Origin: Planctomycetota bacterium
Lineage (GTDB): Bacteria; Planctomycetota; UBA1135; UBA2386
Reading direction: 5' to 3'
Length of the DNA: 64,000 nt
NCBI GenBank assembly: GCA_021776805.1
Contig: JAJFFD010000210.1
Coordinates: 6,908 to 70,907, forward strand
Below the pieces are notes generated by a model. The model searched no databases. It had not been told where the DNA came from and saw nothing but the letters and a program-made list of their open reading frames with translations. This document shows positions 52,258-61,161 of the stretch, in pieces. The translations under genes were made by a program, and so were the position numbers. Numbering within the stretch: position 1 is the first letter of the stretch; every line of letters starts with the position of its first letter.

Positions 52258-52989
52258 ATGACTGACCACAAGACGATGATCGAGGCGAAGGGCCTCACCA
52301 AGCACTACGGCTCCTTCGCAGCGATCGAAGACCTGAGCTTTAAAATCCACGCCGGCGAAGTGGTCGCCTTTCTCGGTCCCAACGGGGCCGGCAAGTCGAC
52401 CACCATGAAGATCTTGACCGGCTACCTGGCGCCCTCTTCTGGAACGGCGCTGATCGCTGGCCTGGATGTGCTGGATCAGCGCATCGCCGCGGCAGAGAAG
52501 ATCGGCTACCTCCCGGAGAACGGGCCGCTCTACCCGGACATGACGCCCCGTGAGCTCCTGCACTTCTTCGGCGAAGCCCGTGGCCTGTCCACCAATCAGG
52601 TTCATCAACGCCTGGCGGTGGTCACCGAGGAGTGCGTTCTCGCAGAAGTCCTCGAGCGGCCCATCGGGCAGCTCTCCAAGGGCTTTCGCCAGCGAGTGGG
52701 CATGGCCTGCGTCCTGCTCCACGATCCGGAAGTGCTCATCATGGATGAGCCGACTACCGGCCTCGATCCCAACCAGATCAAGCACGTGCGCGAGACCATC
52801 AAGAATCTGGGCAAGACCAGAACTGTGCTCCTCTCGACACACATCCTGCAGGAAGTCGAAGCGATGGCTTCTCGAGTGATCATGGTCAACGAAGGTCGGC
52901 TGGTTTTTGATGGCAGCCCGGAAGAGCTGCGTGGCAAGGGTGAAGGCAGCCTCGATGGCGCCTTCCATGCACTGACGGAGGTGAACTGA
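52258..52989 (+). CDS. ABC-2 type transporter ATP-binding protein (GldA-like)
   Basis: 243 aa. It has Walker A GPNGAGKST, signature LSKGFRQR, Walker B VLIMDEPTTGLD and H-loop LSTH. Confidence 0.92.
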   Translation: MTDHKTMIEAKGLTKHYGSFAAIEDLSFKIHAGEVVAFLGPNGAGKSTTMKILTGYLAPSSGTALIAGLDVLDQRIAAAEKIGYLPENGPLYPDMTPRELLHFFGEARGLSTNQVHQRLAVVTEECVLAEVLERPIGQLSKGFRQRVGMACVLLHDPEVLIMDEPTTGLDPNQIKHVRETIKNLGKTRTVLLSTHILQEVEAMASRVIMVNEGRLVFDGSPEELRGKGEGSLDGAFHALTEVN

Positions 52990-55643
52990 TGGCCAAGCCA
53001 GTTGTGCGTGCGATCTTCAAGCGTGACCTGCGAAGCTGGTTCGGCAATCCGACCGGCTACGTGTTCATTATTCTCTTCGTGTTCCTCTCCGCCGCCGCGC
53101 TGGTGGGACCGACTCAGTTCTTTCAGAGCAACCTGGCCAACCTGGATACCCTGAACGAGTGGTATCGGATGCTGCTGCTCCTCTTCATCCCGGCGGTGAC
53201 TATGGGGATCTGGGCCAGCGAGCGCAGCCACGGCACCAATGAGCTGCTGTTTACATTGCCAGCCAGCGACGCGCAGATTCTGCTGGGCAAGTATCTGGCT
53301 GCGGCGGGGATCTACACCGCGGCGCTGCTCTTCACCATCTCACTGCCCATCGGGCTGAGCTTTCTGGGTAGCCCGGACTACGGACTGATCTTCAGCAACT
53401 ATGTCGGCTACTGGTTGCTGGGTTTGATGCTGATCAGCGTCTCCATGGTGGGCTCCCAGCTCACCGAGAATCTGACGGTTTCCTTCATCCTCGGCGCTCT
53501 GCTCTGCACCCTGGTGATGTTCTCCGAGGACATCATCTCGAGTGTTGCGCCGGTGCTCGGTAGGACATGGGGGTCTTACGGTCCGAATGCACTCTTCGAA
53601 GAGATGGGCCGCGGCGTGGTATCGGCGGCTTCCGTGCTGCTCTTTGCCGCCATGACCATCGCCTTCCTCTATCTCAACCTGACCCTCCTTTCGCGCCGAC
53701 ACTGGGGCCGCCGGGAGAACCAGGGACTGCACCACGGCTTGCGTTTCAGCTCCTTGCTGGTGGTTGCGATCTCCTTGGGAGTCATCGGCATCAACCAGCT
53801 GCCCCGCATGGATAGCACCAGCGAGCAGATTCACTCCCTGTCCGATGAGACTCTGGCTCTGCTCTCGGATCTCGATCCGGATCGCCCGGTCTACGTGCAG
53901 GCCTATGTCTCGGACGAGGTGCCGGCGGAATACGTGCAGACCAGGCGCACTCTTCTCAATTTGCTCCGCCAATACGATTCGATCGGAGGCTCGGCCGTGG
54001 AAGTGCGCATCGTGCCCACGGAGAAGTTCACGGCAGAGGCAACCGAGGCGCAGCAGAACTACGGCATCAGATCCCAGCAGCGAGTCAGCGAGGAAGGTGC
54101 TCGCCTGCGCAGCTTCGATATCTACCTCGGACTCGCCTTCCAGTGCGGCACCGAAGAAGTGGTCCTACCCTTCATGGATCGCAAGATCCCGGTGGAGTAC
54201 GAAGTTACGCGCTCGATTCGGGTGGTCGCCAGCACAGAACGGAAGCGAGTCGGCGTGCTCAAGACGGATGCGGATCTCTTCGGTGGCTTCGATTTTCAAA
54301 CCATGCGTCAGAGCCCGGAATGGGACATCGTGCGCGAGCTCAAGCTGCAGTACGAGGTGCAGTCCGTTGGGGTCGACGAGGACTATCCTGCCGGTCTGGA
54401 TGTGCTCCTGGTGCCCATGGCCTCGAGCCTGACACAGCCACAGATGGATCGGCTGGCCACCTACATCTCTTCGGGCAATCCAACTCTGATCCTCGATGAC
54501 CCTATGCCCTTCTCCTTGCCGGGCCTTGCTCCGGATGAGCCCAAGGGTGGTCAGCAGAATCCGATGATGATGGGGCAGCAGCCGCCGCCGGAGCAGAAGG
54601 GCGATATCGAGTCCATGCTCAGCGCCTTCAACATCCGCTGGCAGAAGAGCACCATCGTCTGGGCCTCACACAATCCGCACCCGGATCTCGAGCTGGTTCA
54701 GCCCGAGATCGTCTTCGTAACGGAGAACTCTGGAGCTCCAGAGCCCTTCAACGAGGACCTGTCCATCACTTCGGGATTGCAGGAGCTGATCACCATCTTC
54801 GGTGGCGAGGTGAAGCCCGGCGACTACGCCAGCATCACCTTCACTCCGTTGATGCAGGCGGGTCCCGATTCGGGCCTGCTTGCCAAGCAGGTGGCCTTCA
54901 GGTTCAACCCATTTGGCGGTGGCGCCATGCTTGATCCCAATCGCCAGTTCCGCCAAGACGGTATGCCCAAGATTCTGGGCTGCATGGTGCAGGGTAAGCC
55001 GGTCGACGATGCGGAGCATGCGATCAGCCTGATCTTCATTCCGGACATCGACTTCATCGGTCGCGACTTCTTCCGGATTCGTAGCCAGGGCTTTGGTGGT
55101 ACCAAGATCCAGCTCGACAACGTCACCTTCATCCTCAACTGCGTGGACTACCTGGCCAAGGACGAGAGTTTCATCGATCTCCGCAAGCGTCGGCCCCTGC
55201 ATCGTTCCCTGGTGACCATCGAGGCCGAGCAGGAGGTCTACAACAAGACCTGGTTGGGTGAGAAGGCAAAGGCGGAGGAGGATGCGGTGCTTGCCCTCAG
55301 TGATGCCCAGGCCCGCCTCGACGAGCGCGTCAATCAGGTCAAGAACGATGCCGAATTGGATGCGCGCGCCAAGGACATTCAGATCCAGGCCATCCAGAAC
55401 GCCGAGCAGCGCAAGCTGGATCTACGCAAGGCCCGCATCGAAGAGGAAAAGCAAAAGGCCATCGATCAAGCCAAGGCGGACAAGCTGGCCCAGCAGCAAG
55501 CCATTCAGACTCGGTACACCAGCTTGACTCTGGTCGGGGCGCCTATCCCGGCGGTGGTCGTCGCCTTTGTCTTCTGGATACGAAGAAGAAAACGTGAGCT
55601 CGAGGTTGTTCCCAGCTCTCGACGTGTTGGAGGTGCAGCATGA
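52989..55643 (+). CDS. Fusion of ABC-2 permease (GldF-like) with GldG-like auxiliary domain
   Basis: 884 aa. The N-terminal 240 aa have six hydrophobic segments and the motif ASERSHGTNELLFTLP (GldF-type). Next comes a GldG-like domain (PVYVQAYVSDEVPAEYVQTRRTLLNLLRQYDSIGGSAVEVRIVP). It ends with a Lys/Glu/Gln coiled coil and a terminal TM (LVGAPIPAVVVAFVFWI). Confidence 0.8.
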   Translation: MAKPVVRAIFKRDLRSWFGNPTGYVFIILFVFLSAAALVGPTQFFQSNLANLDTLNEWYRMLLLLFIPAVTMGIWASERSHGTNELLFTLPASDAQILLGKYLAAAGIYTAALLFTISLPIGLSFLGSPDYGLIFSNYVGYWLLGLMLISVSMVGSQLTENLTVSFILGALLCTLVMFSEDIISSVAPVLGRTWGSYGPNALFEEMGRGVVSAASVLLFAAMTIAFLYLNLTLLSRRHWGRRENQGLHHGLRFSSLLVVAISLGVIGINQLPRMDSTSEQIHSLSDETLALLSDLDPDRPVYVQAYVSDEVPAEYVQTRRTLLNLLRQYDSIGGSAVEVRIVPTEKFTAEATEAQQNYGIRSQQRVSEEGARLRSFDIYLGLAFQCGTEEVVLPFMDRKIPVEYEVTRSIRVVASTERKRVGVLKTDADLFGGFDFQTMRQSPEWDIVRELKLQYEVQSVGVDEDYPAGLDVLLVPMASSLTQPQMDRLATYISSGNPTLILDDPMPFSLPGLAPDEPKGGQQNPMMMGQQPPPEQKGDIESMLSAFNIRWQKSTIVWASHNPHPDLELVQPEIVFVTENSGAPEPFNEDLSITSGLQELITIFGGEVKPGDYASITFTPLMQAGPDSGLLAKQVAFRFNPFGGGAMLDPNRQFRQDGMPKILGCMVQGKPVDDAEHAISLIFIPDIDFIGRDFFRIRSQGFGGTKIQLDNVTFILNCVDYLAKDESFIDLRKRRPLHRSLVTIEAEQEVYNKTWLGEKAKAEEDAVLALSDAQARLDERVNQVKNDAELDARAKDIQIQAIQNAEQRKLDLRKARIEEEKQKAIDQAKADKLAQQQAIQTRYTSLTLVGAPIPAVVVAFVFWIRRRKRELEVVPSSRRVGGAA

Positions 55644-57307
55644 GCCCTGTTATCAAGACGATTGTATATGCAGCCGCGGCCATCGGACTCGCCCTGGTGG
55701 CGCTGATCTCGGCGCCTGGCGCCAAGGACTTGGAGCTCTTCAGTGACGAGGGTGAGCTCTTCTTCCCGGATTTCGATGATCCTCTCGCAGCCACGGATCT
55801 GGAGGTCTGGGAGTTCATCCCTGACACGGCGGAGGCCTCGGCCTTCAACGTCAAGAGCGAGAAGGGCTACTGGACCATTCCCTCCCACTCCAACTATCCA
55901 GCGGATGCAGAGGATCGCATGGCCAAGGCCGCGGTCATGCTCATCGACCTGCGCAAGGCAGCGGTCAAGTCAGACCAGATCCAGGACCACGCCAATTTTG
56001 GAGTGGTCGATCCAACCGAGCAGGACCTTGATCCGGAAGGTCGCGGCAAGCGCATTACCTTTCGCGACAGCAGCGGGTCGGTGCTTGGCGATTTGATCAT
56101 CGGCAAGCAGGTTGAGGACCGCCCAGGTCAATTTTATGTGCGCTTGCCCGGTAAGAAGCGCACCTACGCCGTCGAAAGAGACTTCGATCTCTCCACCAAC
56201 TTTGAGGATTGGATCGAGCGCGACCTTCTCAAAGTCAGCGCCACCGATCTCAGTCAGATCGTCTTCGACAACTATTCTGTCGACGAGACGCGGAACACTC
56301 TCGTGCAGGGCGACGTCGTTGAGCTCGAAAAGCCGGAGACAGATTGGGTAGTCAAGGGCCTGGCCGAGGATGAGGAGACTGCAAAGGAAGTCATCGACAC
56401 GGCGCAGAGCACTCTCACGGATCTGAAGATAGTCGGGGTGCGGCCGAAACCCGAAGGCCTCACCGCTGCACTCGAGCGGGCCCAGGGAATTACGCGGGAA
56501 CTCCTGGCGAGCCAGTTGGCGCGCAAGGGCTTCTTCTTGTCCCAGGGCAAGCTCTACTCCAACGAGGGTGACCTCTTCGTCAAGACGAGCAAGGGCGTGG
56601 TCTACACCCTCAAGTTTGGCGAGGTCATCTTTGGCACCGGGGACAGCATTACTGCCGGTGGTGGCGACGAGGCCACTGCGGCTCAGGATGCCAGCGCCGG
56701 CGAGGATGCAGCCAAGGGATCACACCGTTATCTCATGGTCACCGCCAGCTTCGATGCGGGTCTCCTCGAAGCCCCCGAGGGCACGACTGTCCCCCAGAGT
56801 CATCTCGACAAACTGAAGACCGCTCGTAACGAGATGGAGAAGATCATCTCGGCCATCGATTCTTACGCGCAGAACAAGGGTGAACACCCACCGGCCCTTA
56901 CGGATCTCGTCACCGGTGAGCAGAAGTTCATCGGTGCTCTGCCACAAGATCCCTGGGAGAAGGACTTTGTCTACGAGAAGACCGAGGACGGATTCGTTCT
57001 GACCTGCCTTGCCGAAGACGGCGTAGCTGGCGGCGAAGGCATCAACGCGGATCTACGCTCCGACGCCTTCAACATGATCGATGACCAGCAGGCCATCGTG
57101 GATAGGCATCAGGATCACGCCAACAAGATCACCGAAGGCGAGGAAGAAGTGCAGAAGCTCAATGAGCGCTTCGGACCGTGGTACTACGTGATCGATGCGG
57201 AGGCCTTCAACAAGCTGCATCTGGCCCGCGAGCAGTTGGTCAAGAAGAAGGAAGTCGAAGCGACTCCCGAGGCTGGCAAGGACGGCGGACAGGGCGAAGG
57301 CAAGTAG
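55640..57307 (+). CDS. Membrane-anchored periplasmic protein (DUF4340-like position/architecture) with C-terminal GspG-type pseudopilin globular domain
   Basis: 555 aa, coupled by ATGA. It has an N-terminal anchor (IVYAAAAIGLALVALISAPG). It sits in the position normally held by the DUF4340 partner of GldG-like proteins. Residues encoded at about 56800-57080 read ALPQDPWEKDFVYEKTEDGFVLTCLAEDGVAGGEGINADL, matching the GspG motif LPxDPWGxxYxY...f.l.SlGaDGxxGGeGxxaDi. Confidence 0.65.
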   Translation: MSPVIKTIVYAAAAIGLALVALISAPGAKDLELFSDEGELFFPDFDDPLAATDLEVWEFIPDTAEASAFNVKSEKGYWTIPSHSNYPADAEDRMAKAAVMLIDLRKAAVKSDQIQDHANFGVVDPTEQDLDPEGRGKRITFRDSSGSVLGDLIIGKQVEDRPGQFYVRLPGKKRTYAVERDFDLSTNFEDWIERDLLKVSATDLSQIVFDNYSVDETRNTLVQGDVVELEKPETDWVVKGLAEDEETAKEVIDTAQSTLTDLKIVGVRPKPEGLTAALERAQGITRELLASQLARKGFFLSQGKLYSNEGDLFVKTSKGVVYTLKFGEVIFGTGDSITAGGGDEATAAQDASAGEDAAKGSHRYLMVTASFDAGLLEAPEGTTVPQSHLDKLKTARNEMEKIISAIDSYAQNKGEHPPALTDLVTGEQKFIGALPQDPWEKDFVYEKTEDGFVLTCLAEDGVAGGEGINADLRSDAFNMIDDQQAIVDRHQDHANKITEGEEEVQKLNERFGPWYYVIDAEAFNKLHLAREQLVKKKEVEATPEAGKDGGQGEGK

Positions 57308-57326
57308 GGCCTTCGCCTGAGGCGGC

Positions 57327-58232
57327 CTAGCTCCTGCTGCCTGCTATTTGCAGGGGGCAGCTAGCTCGGCTCATCATGCGGCAAAGGTCTTCGATGCCGA
57401 GGCTGGCTTCCCAACCCATCTGGCCCATGCTCCTCGGGTCACAGACGAGAATCGGGTATTCGGCCCGATAGCCTTCGATCTCTCGAACATGCTCTCTCCA
57501 GTCGAGGCCGTGTTCTGCAAAGCAGAGCCGGGCCCAGTCACGAATGCTGTGGGCCTGACCCGAGCCGATGACCGCCTCGAAGACTTCATCCTGCTGAATC
57601 AGAGTCAGGATTCCAGCGGCCACGTCCCCGGCGAAGGTCCACTCCTTGGCTACGGTTGTGTCGCCGAGTTCGAGGCAGTCGAGTTCTCCTGCGGCGATCC
57701 TGCGAGCGCCGTCGAGAATCTTCATGCTCACGTGCTCCGGTCCGCGCAGGGGGCTCTCGTGGTGGAAGAGGTAGCCCACGTAGGTGGCTAGCCCGCGATC
57801 GCGAAAGTACCGCGCCGCATGCACCGAGTGGATGCGTTCCACGGCGTAGGCGCTGGCGGCGTCAAAGGGATCCTGCTCATGAATGGGATCGCCCACATTC
57901 AGGAACTGCAGACCTGAGCCGGTGATGAAGACCCGCGCCCTAGGGCAATGGTCCCATGCGGCCTGGAGCACGTTCCAAGTGCCACCGCTGATAGTGCGGT
58001 GATTTTCGAAGATCGCATCCTGCCTGGTGCTGGACCTTGCGGCCAGATGAAAGATCAGCTCTGGCCGATGCTCCGCGATGATTGCATCCACGAATTGCCG
58101 GTCGCCCACATCGCCTTTGCAATGCCCATGCTGTCGTGAGCTGCCGATGACTTCATAGCCGGCCTCAGTACAGAGGCGTGACAAGTACTGTCCGTCCTGC
58201 CCGCCGACTCCGAATATGACCGCCTTTCCCAT
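57327..58232 (-). CDS. GDP-mannose 4,6-dehydratase-like short-chain dehydrogenase/epimerase
   Basis: 301 aa from ATG 58232. It has a Rossmann motif FGVGGQDGQYL, a Gmd-like FHHESPLRGPEHVSMKI and LGDTTVAKEWTFAGDV. The catalytic YxxxK position reads YAVER. Confidence 0.8.
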   Translation of the reverse strand: MGKAVIFGVGGQDGQYLSRLCTEAGYEVIGSSRQHGHCKGDVGDRQFVDAIIAEHRPELIFHLAARSSTRQDAIFENHRTISGGTWNVLQAAWDHCPRARVFITGSGLQFLNVGDPIHEQDPFDAASAYAVERIHSVHAARYFRDRGLATYVGYLFHHESPLRGPEHVSMKILDGARRIAAGELDCLELGDTTVAKEWTFAGDVAAGILTLIQQDEVFEAVIGSGQAHSIRDWARLCFAEHGLDWREHVREIEGYRAEYPILVCDPRSMGQMGWEASLGIEDLCRMMSRASCPLQIAGSRS

Positions 58233-58317
58233 CCGCCTCGCTTCCGCTTTCATCGGAAGGGCGAGGAGCCTGGCTGGAACCTTTCGGCGAAGTCCAGCGG
58301 CCCTCCCTGCCGATAGC

Positions 58318-59340
58318 ATGGGAGTGAAGAGGGTTCTCTACGTGGGAATGGGTAGGGCCTGGGGAGATATCGCCAGGGGTGCAGGCTACGAGGATCAGTT
58401 CTTCCGCCGCAGCCTGGAGGATCATCCCGGCCTGGTGGTCGAGCATCTGGACTTCATGGCCAAGATCGCTCAGCGCGGTCAAGAGGATATGTCCGAGATC
58501 CTGTGGCGGCGGGTCTGCGAGAGCCGCCCGGACATGGTCTTCCTGGTTCCCTTCGCTGACTGGGCCGGACCTCTGCGAGAGACCGTGCGGCGCATCACCG
58601 AGTGCAGCAGTGCCAAGACCGTTCTCTGGATCTGTGATGATCCCTGGCAGTTCGAGGACTTCTCTTCTCGTTGGGCGCCCTGCGTCGATCACATCATCAC
58701 GACGGATCCTGGCATGCTGTCGGCATATCGCGCGATTGGCTGCGAAGACCGCCTGGTAATCAGTCAGTGGGGAGTCAATACGTCCATCTACTCGGCAAAG
58801 ACGGTTGCGCAGGACATCGACGTGAGCTTCGTCGGGCATGCACACAGCGATCGCCAGGCAAGCATCCGAGCCATCGAAGCCGGAGGCATCGAGGTTCAGG
58901 TCTTCGGCCGTGGCTGGGGGGCTCGCGGTCAGAGGCTGAGCGATGGCGAGATGATCGATGTCTTTCGTCGATCCAAGATCAATCTGAATCTGGGCTTGTC
59001 CATCGAATCGAGCTGCCGGCAAATCAAGGCGAGGAACTTCGAGGTCCTGGCTGCTGGAGGATTCTTGATCACCCAACGAGTCCCGTACCTCGATCGATAT
59101 CTGGAAGATGGCAGAGACTTGGTGATGTACGAGCACTGCTCGGAGATACCGCAGTTGATTGAGCGGTACCTGAGCGATAACGAGAGTCGTGCGGCGATCG
59201 CCAGACGTGGTGCCGCGCGCTGCCGCAGAGAGCATGACTGGCAGCAGCGTTTCGTCGAAATCTTCGACGCTATCGGCTTCGACCCGTTGAGTTCAAATAG
59301 AGCCGTTTCGGGCCCACAGAGGGTTCAGCTGGGCGCTTAG
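58318..59340 (+). CDS. CgeB-family / GT1-like glycosyltransferase
   Basis: 340 aa from ATG 58318. The C-terminal half KINLNLGLSIESSCRQIKARNFEVLAAGGFLITQRVPYLDRYLEDGRDLVMYEHCSEIPQLIERYLSDNESRAAIARRGAARCRREHDWQQRF is typical of CgeB-like glycosyltransferases. Confidence 0.65.
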   Translation: MGVKRVLYVGMGRAWGDIARGAGYEDQFFRRSLEDHPGLVVEHLDFMAKIAQRGQEDMSEILWRRVCESRPDMVFLVPFADWAGPLRETVRRITECSSAKTVLWICDDPWQFEDFSSRWAPCVDHIITTDPGMLSAYRAIGCEDRLVISQWGVNTSIYSAKTVAQDIDVSFVGHAHSDRQASIRAIEAGGIEVQVFGRGWGARGQRLSDGEMIDVFRRSKINLNLGLSIESSCRQIKARNFEVLAAGGFLITQRVPYLDRYLEDGRDLVMYEHCSEIPQLIERYLSDNESRAAIARRGAARCRREHDWQQRFVEIFDAIGFDPLSSNRAVSGPQRVQLGA

Positions 59341-59389
59341 AAACTCCGATAAGTCCATTCGGTGCACTGTTTCGGGACGCACGCGGGCA

Positions 59390-59839
59390 ATGGCGGAAAC
59401 ACTAGGATCACTTTGCGACAAGCTGACGATCGTCAAGCTGAAGCAATGGCACGCTGAAGAAGATTCGAAGCGGGCCAGCTTGAAGACTCAGGAGAGCTTG
59501 TTGCGCGGAGAGCTTGACGAGTTCGTCAGTGACGCCACCGCCGGTGCAATCCCGGCAGAGCGACTCACCTTTGCGGCCAACAAGGTGCTGAAGGGTGAGG
59601 CGAGTCGAGTGCCGAACGCAGAAGGAAGTATTGGCGAGGTCTTTGCCGAGCTGGCTCGCGTGAATTGCGAGCTTTGGCACGAGCAGGAAAAGGTCTACGA
59701 GTTCGAGGCGGTGCCCGATGGGGAGAGGGTGCCGATGGTCAAGAAGCTGGGTGTCCTCAATATCGAGCGCACCAAATGCATCGACGCTATCGACAATCGG
59801 TTTCTCGAACTCCTCAGTCGAGAGGAGCAAGTTGTATGA
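59390..59839 (+). CDS. Small conserved-looking hypothetical protein coupled to the C-methyltransferase
   Basis: 149 aa, helical. Its stop overlaps the downstream start (ATGA). It contains a Trp/His-rich motif NCELWHEQEKVYEF. I cannot assign it to a family with confidence. Confidence 0.5.
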   Translation: MAETLGSLCDKLTIVKLKQWHAEEDSKRASLKTQESLLRGELDEFVSDATAGAIPAERLTFAANKVLKGEASRVPNAEGSIGEVFAELARVNCELWHEQEKVYEFEAVPDGERVPMVKKLGVLNIERTKCIDAIDNRFLELLSREEQVV

Positions 59840-61161
59840 GTCATCCTGAAGACCTCATGGTTTCTCCGTCGGAAGTCAGCTCGCAGACCTATGTGAGTTT
59901 CGACTGCTGCCGAGTCTGCGGCGGAAAGCGCATGGTTCCTGTGCTGGATCTCGAGCAACAGTGCATCGGCAATGCCTTTCATCATGCCGATGATCCTGCC
60001 AGCGAGACTGCTCCCCTCGAGCTAGTGCGCTGCAACGAGTGCAGCCTGGTTCAGTTGGCTCATTCCGTCGACACGAGTCTGATGTACAGCACCTACTGGT
60101 ACAAGTCGGGTGTCAACCGGACGATGCGGGAGCATCTTTCCGGGCTTGCACAGCAGGCACAGCGATTGGTGACCTTGGATGCAGGCGATGCGGTGATCGA
60201 CATCGGTTGCAATGATGGCACTTCACTGAGTTGCTACCCTGAATCCGCTCGTCGAATTGGTGTGGATCCGAGCAATATCGTTCCGACTGTCTGTGACCAC
60301 TTCGTCAATGACTACTTTTCTTGGCAGGCTGTCGAAGGCGCTCTGGCTGGGAAGAAGGCGAAGGTGATCAGCTCCATCGCGATGTTTTACGATCTCGATG
60401 ACCCGCACGCCTTTGTCGAGAGCATCGAGAATTGCCTCCATCCTGAGGGTGTTTGGGTCCTCGAACTGAGTTATCTGCCGTCGATGCTGCGTGCAGTTTC
60501 TTATGACACCATTTGTCATGAGCACGTGACCTACTACAGATTGCGGACCTTCGAGCGTCTCCTCGCCGAAACCGGGCTCGAGCTCTTCGATGTCGAGTTC
60601 AATGACTGCAATGGCGGCTCCTTCCGCCTCTTCGTTGCGCCGAAGAACAGTCGCGAAGTCAGCAGTCGCCTCAGTGTTGCCAGGATCGAAGAGGCCAACG
60701 GTCTCTATGACACCAGGTACCCCTATGAAGGCTTCCAGACCCGGGTCTTCCGCGCAAAGGAGGCTTTCCAGCGCTTCCTTTCCGAGGCCAAGACCGAAGG
60801 CAAGAAGGTCTACGGTTACGGCGCGTCGACGAAAGGCCAGGTGACTCTGCAGTACTGTGGCGTCAAGCCAAAGCAGATGGTCGCCATCGCGGAAAGGAAC
60901 CCTGACAAGTACGGGTTGTACACGCCAGGCACCAATATCCCGATTTGTTCAGAGTCGGAGATGCGTGCGGCCAACCCGGATTATCTGGTGGTCCTGCCCT
61001 GGCACTTCATCGGTGAGTTCTTGCAACGCGAAGAGGCCTACCTGCGTGGTGGCGGCCAGATCGTAGTGCCGCTGCCCGAATTCAGGATCTACAGCGAAGC
61101 CGACCTGCCTAAAGTTGGTTATCGATCCGCCGTCGGAGCCAGGCCTCCGTTCTTCGATTGA
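59836..61161 (+). CDS. NDP-sugar C-methyltransferase (Zn-ribbon + class I SAM MTase + C-methyltransferase C-terminal domain)
   Basis: 441 aa from ATG 59836. It has Zn-binding CCRVCGGKRMVPVLDL...VRCNECSLVQL, SAM motif VIDIGCNDGTSL, and a C-terminal Rossmann-like VYGYGASTKGQVTLQYCGV. Confidence 0.85.
   Translation: MSHPEDLMVSPSEVSSQTYVSFDCCRVCGGKRMVPVLDLEQQCIGNAFHHADDPASETAPLELVRCNECSLVQLAHSVDTSLMYSTYWYKSGVNRTMREHLSGLAQQAQRLVTLDAGDAVIDIGCNDGTSLSCYPESARRIGVDPSNIVPTVCDHFVNDYFSWQAVEGALAGKKAKVISSIAMFYDLDDPHAFVESIENCLHPEGVWVLELSYLPSMLRAVSYDTICHEHVTYYRLRTFERLLAETGLELFDVEFNDCNGGSFRLFVAPKNSREVSSRLSVARIEEANGLYDTRYPYEGFQTRVFRAKEAFQRFLSEAKTEGKKVYGYGASTKGQVTLQYCGVKPKQMVAIAERNPDKYGLYTPGTNIPICSESEMRAANPDYLVVLPWHFIGEFLQREEAYLRGGGQIVVPLPEFRIYSEADLPKVGYRSAVGARPPFFD

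Noticed and set aside
52108-52968. 286-aa minus-strand ORF overlapping the GldA-like ATPase. The same situation applies to the long antisense ORFs at 1502-2247, 40085-40720, 46278-46913, 47707-48426, 51328-51975, 53340-53972 and those inside the 5-kb lipoprotein gene.
   Set aside because: Each is antisense to a gene with clear family motifs (Walker boxes, H-boxes and so on). Long open antisense frames are expected in GC-rich DNA. None shows a recognisable domain.
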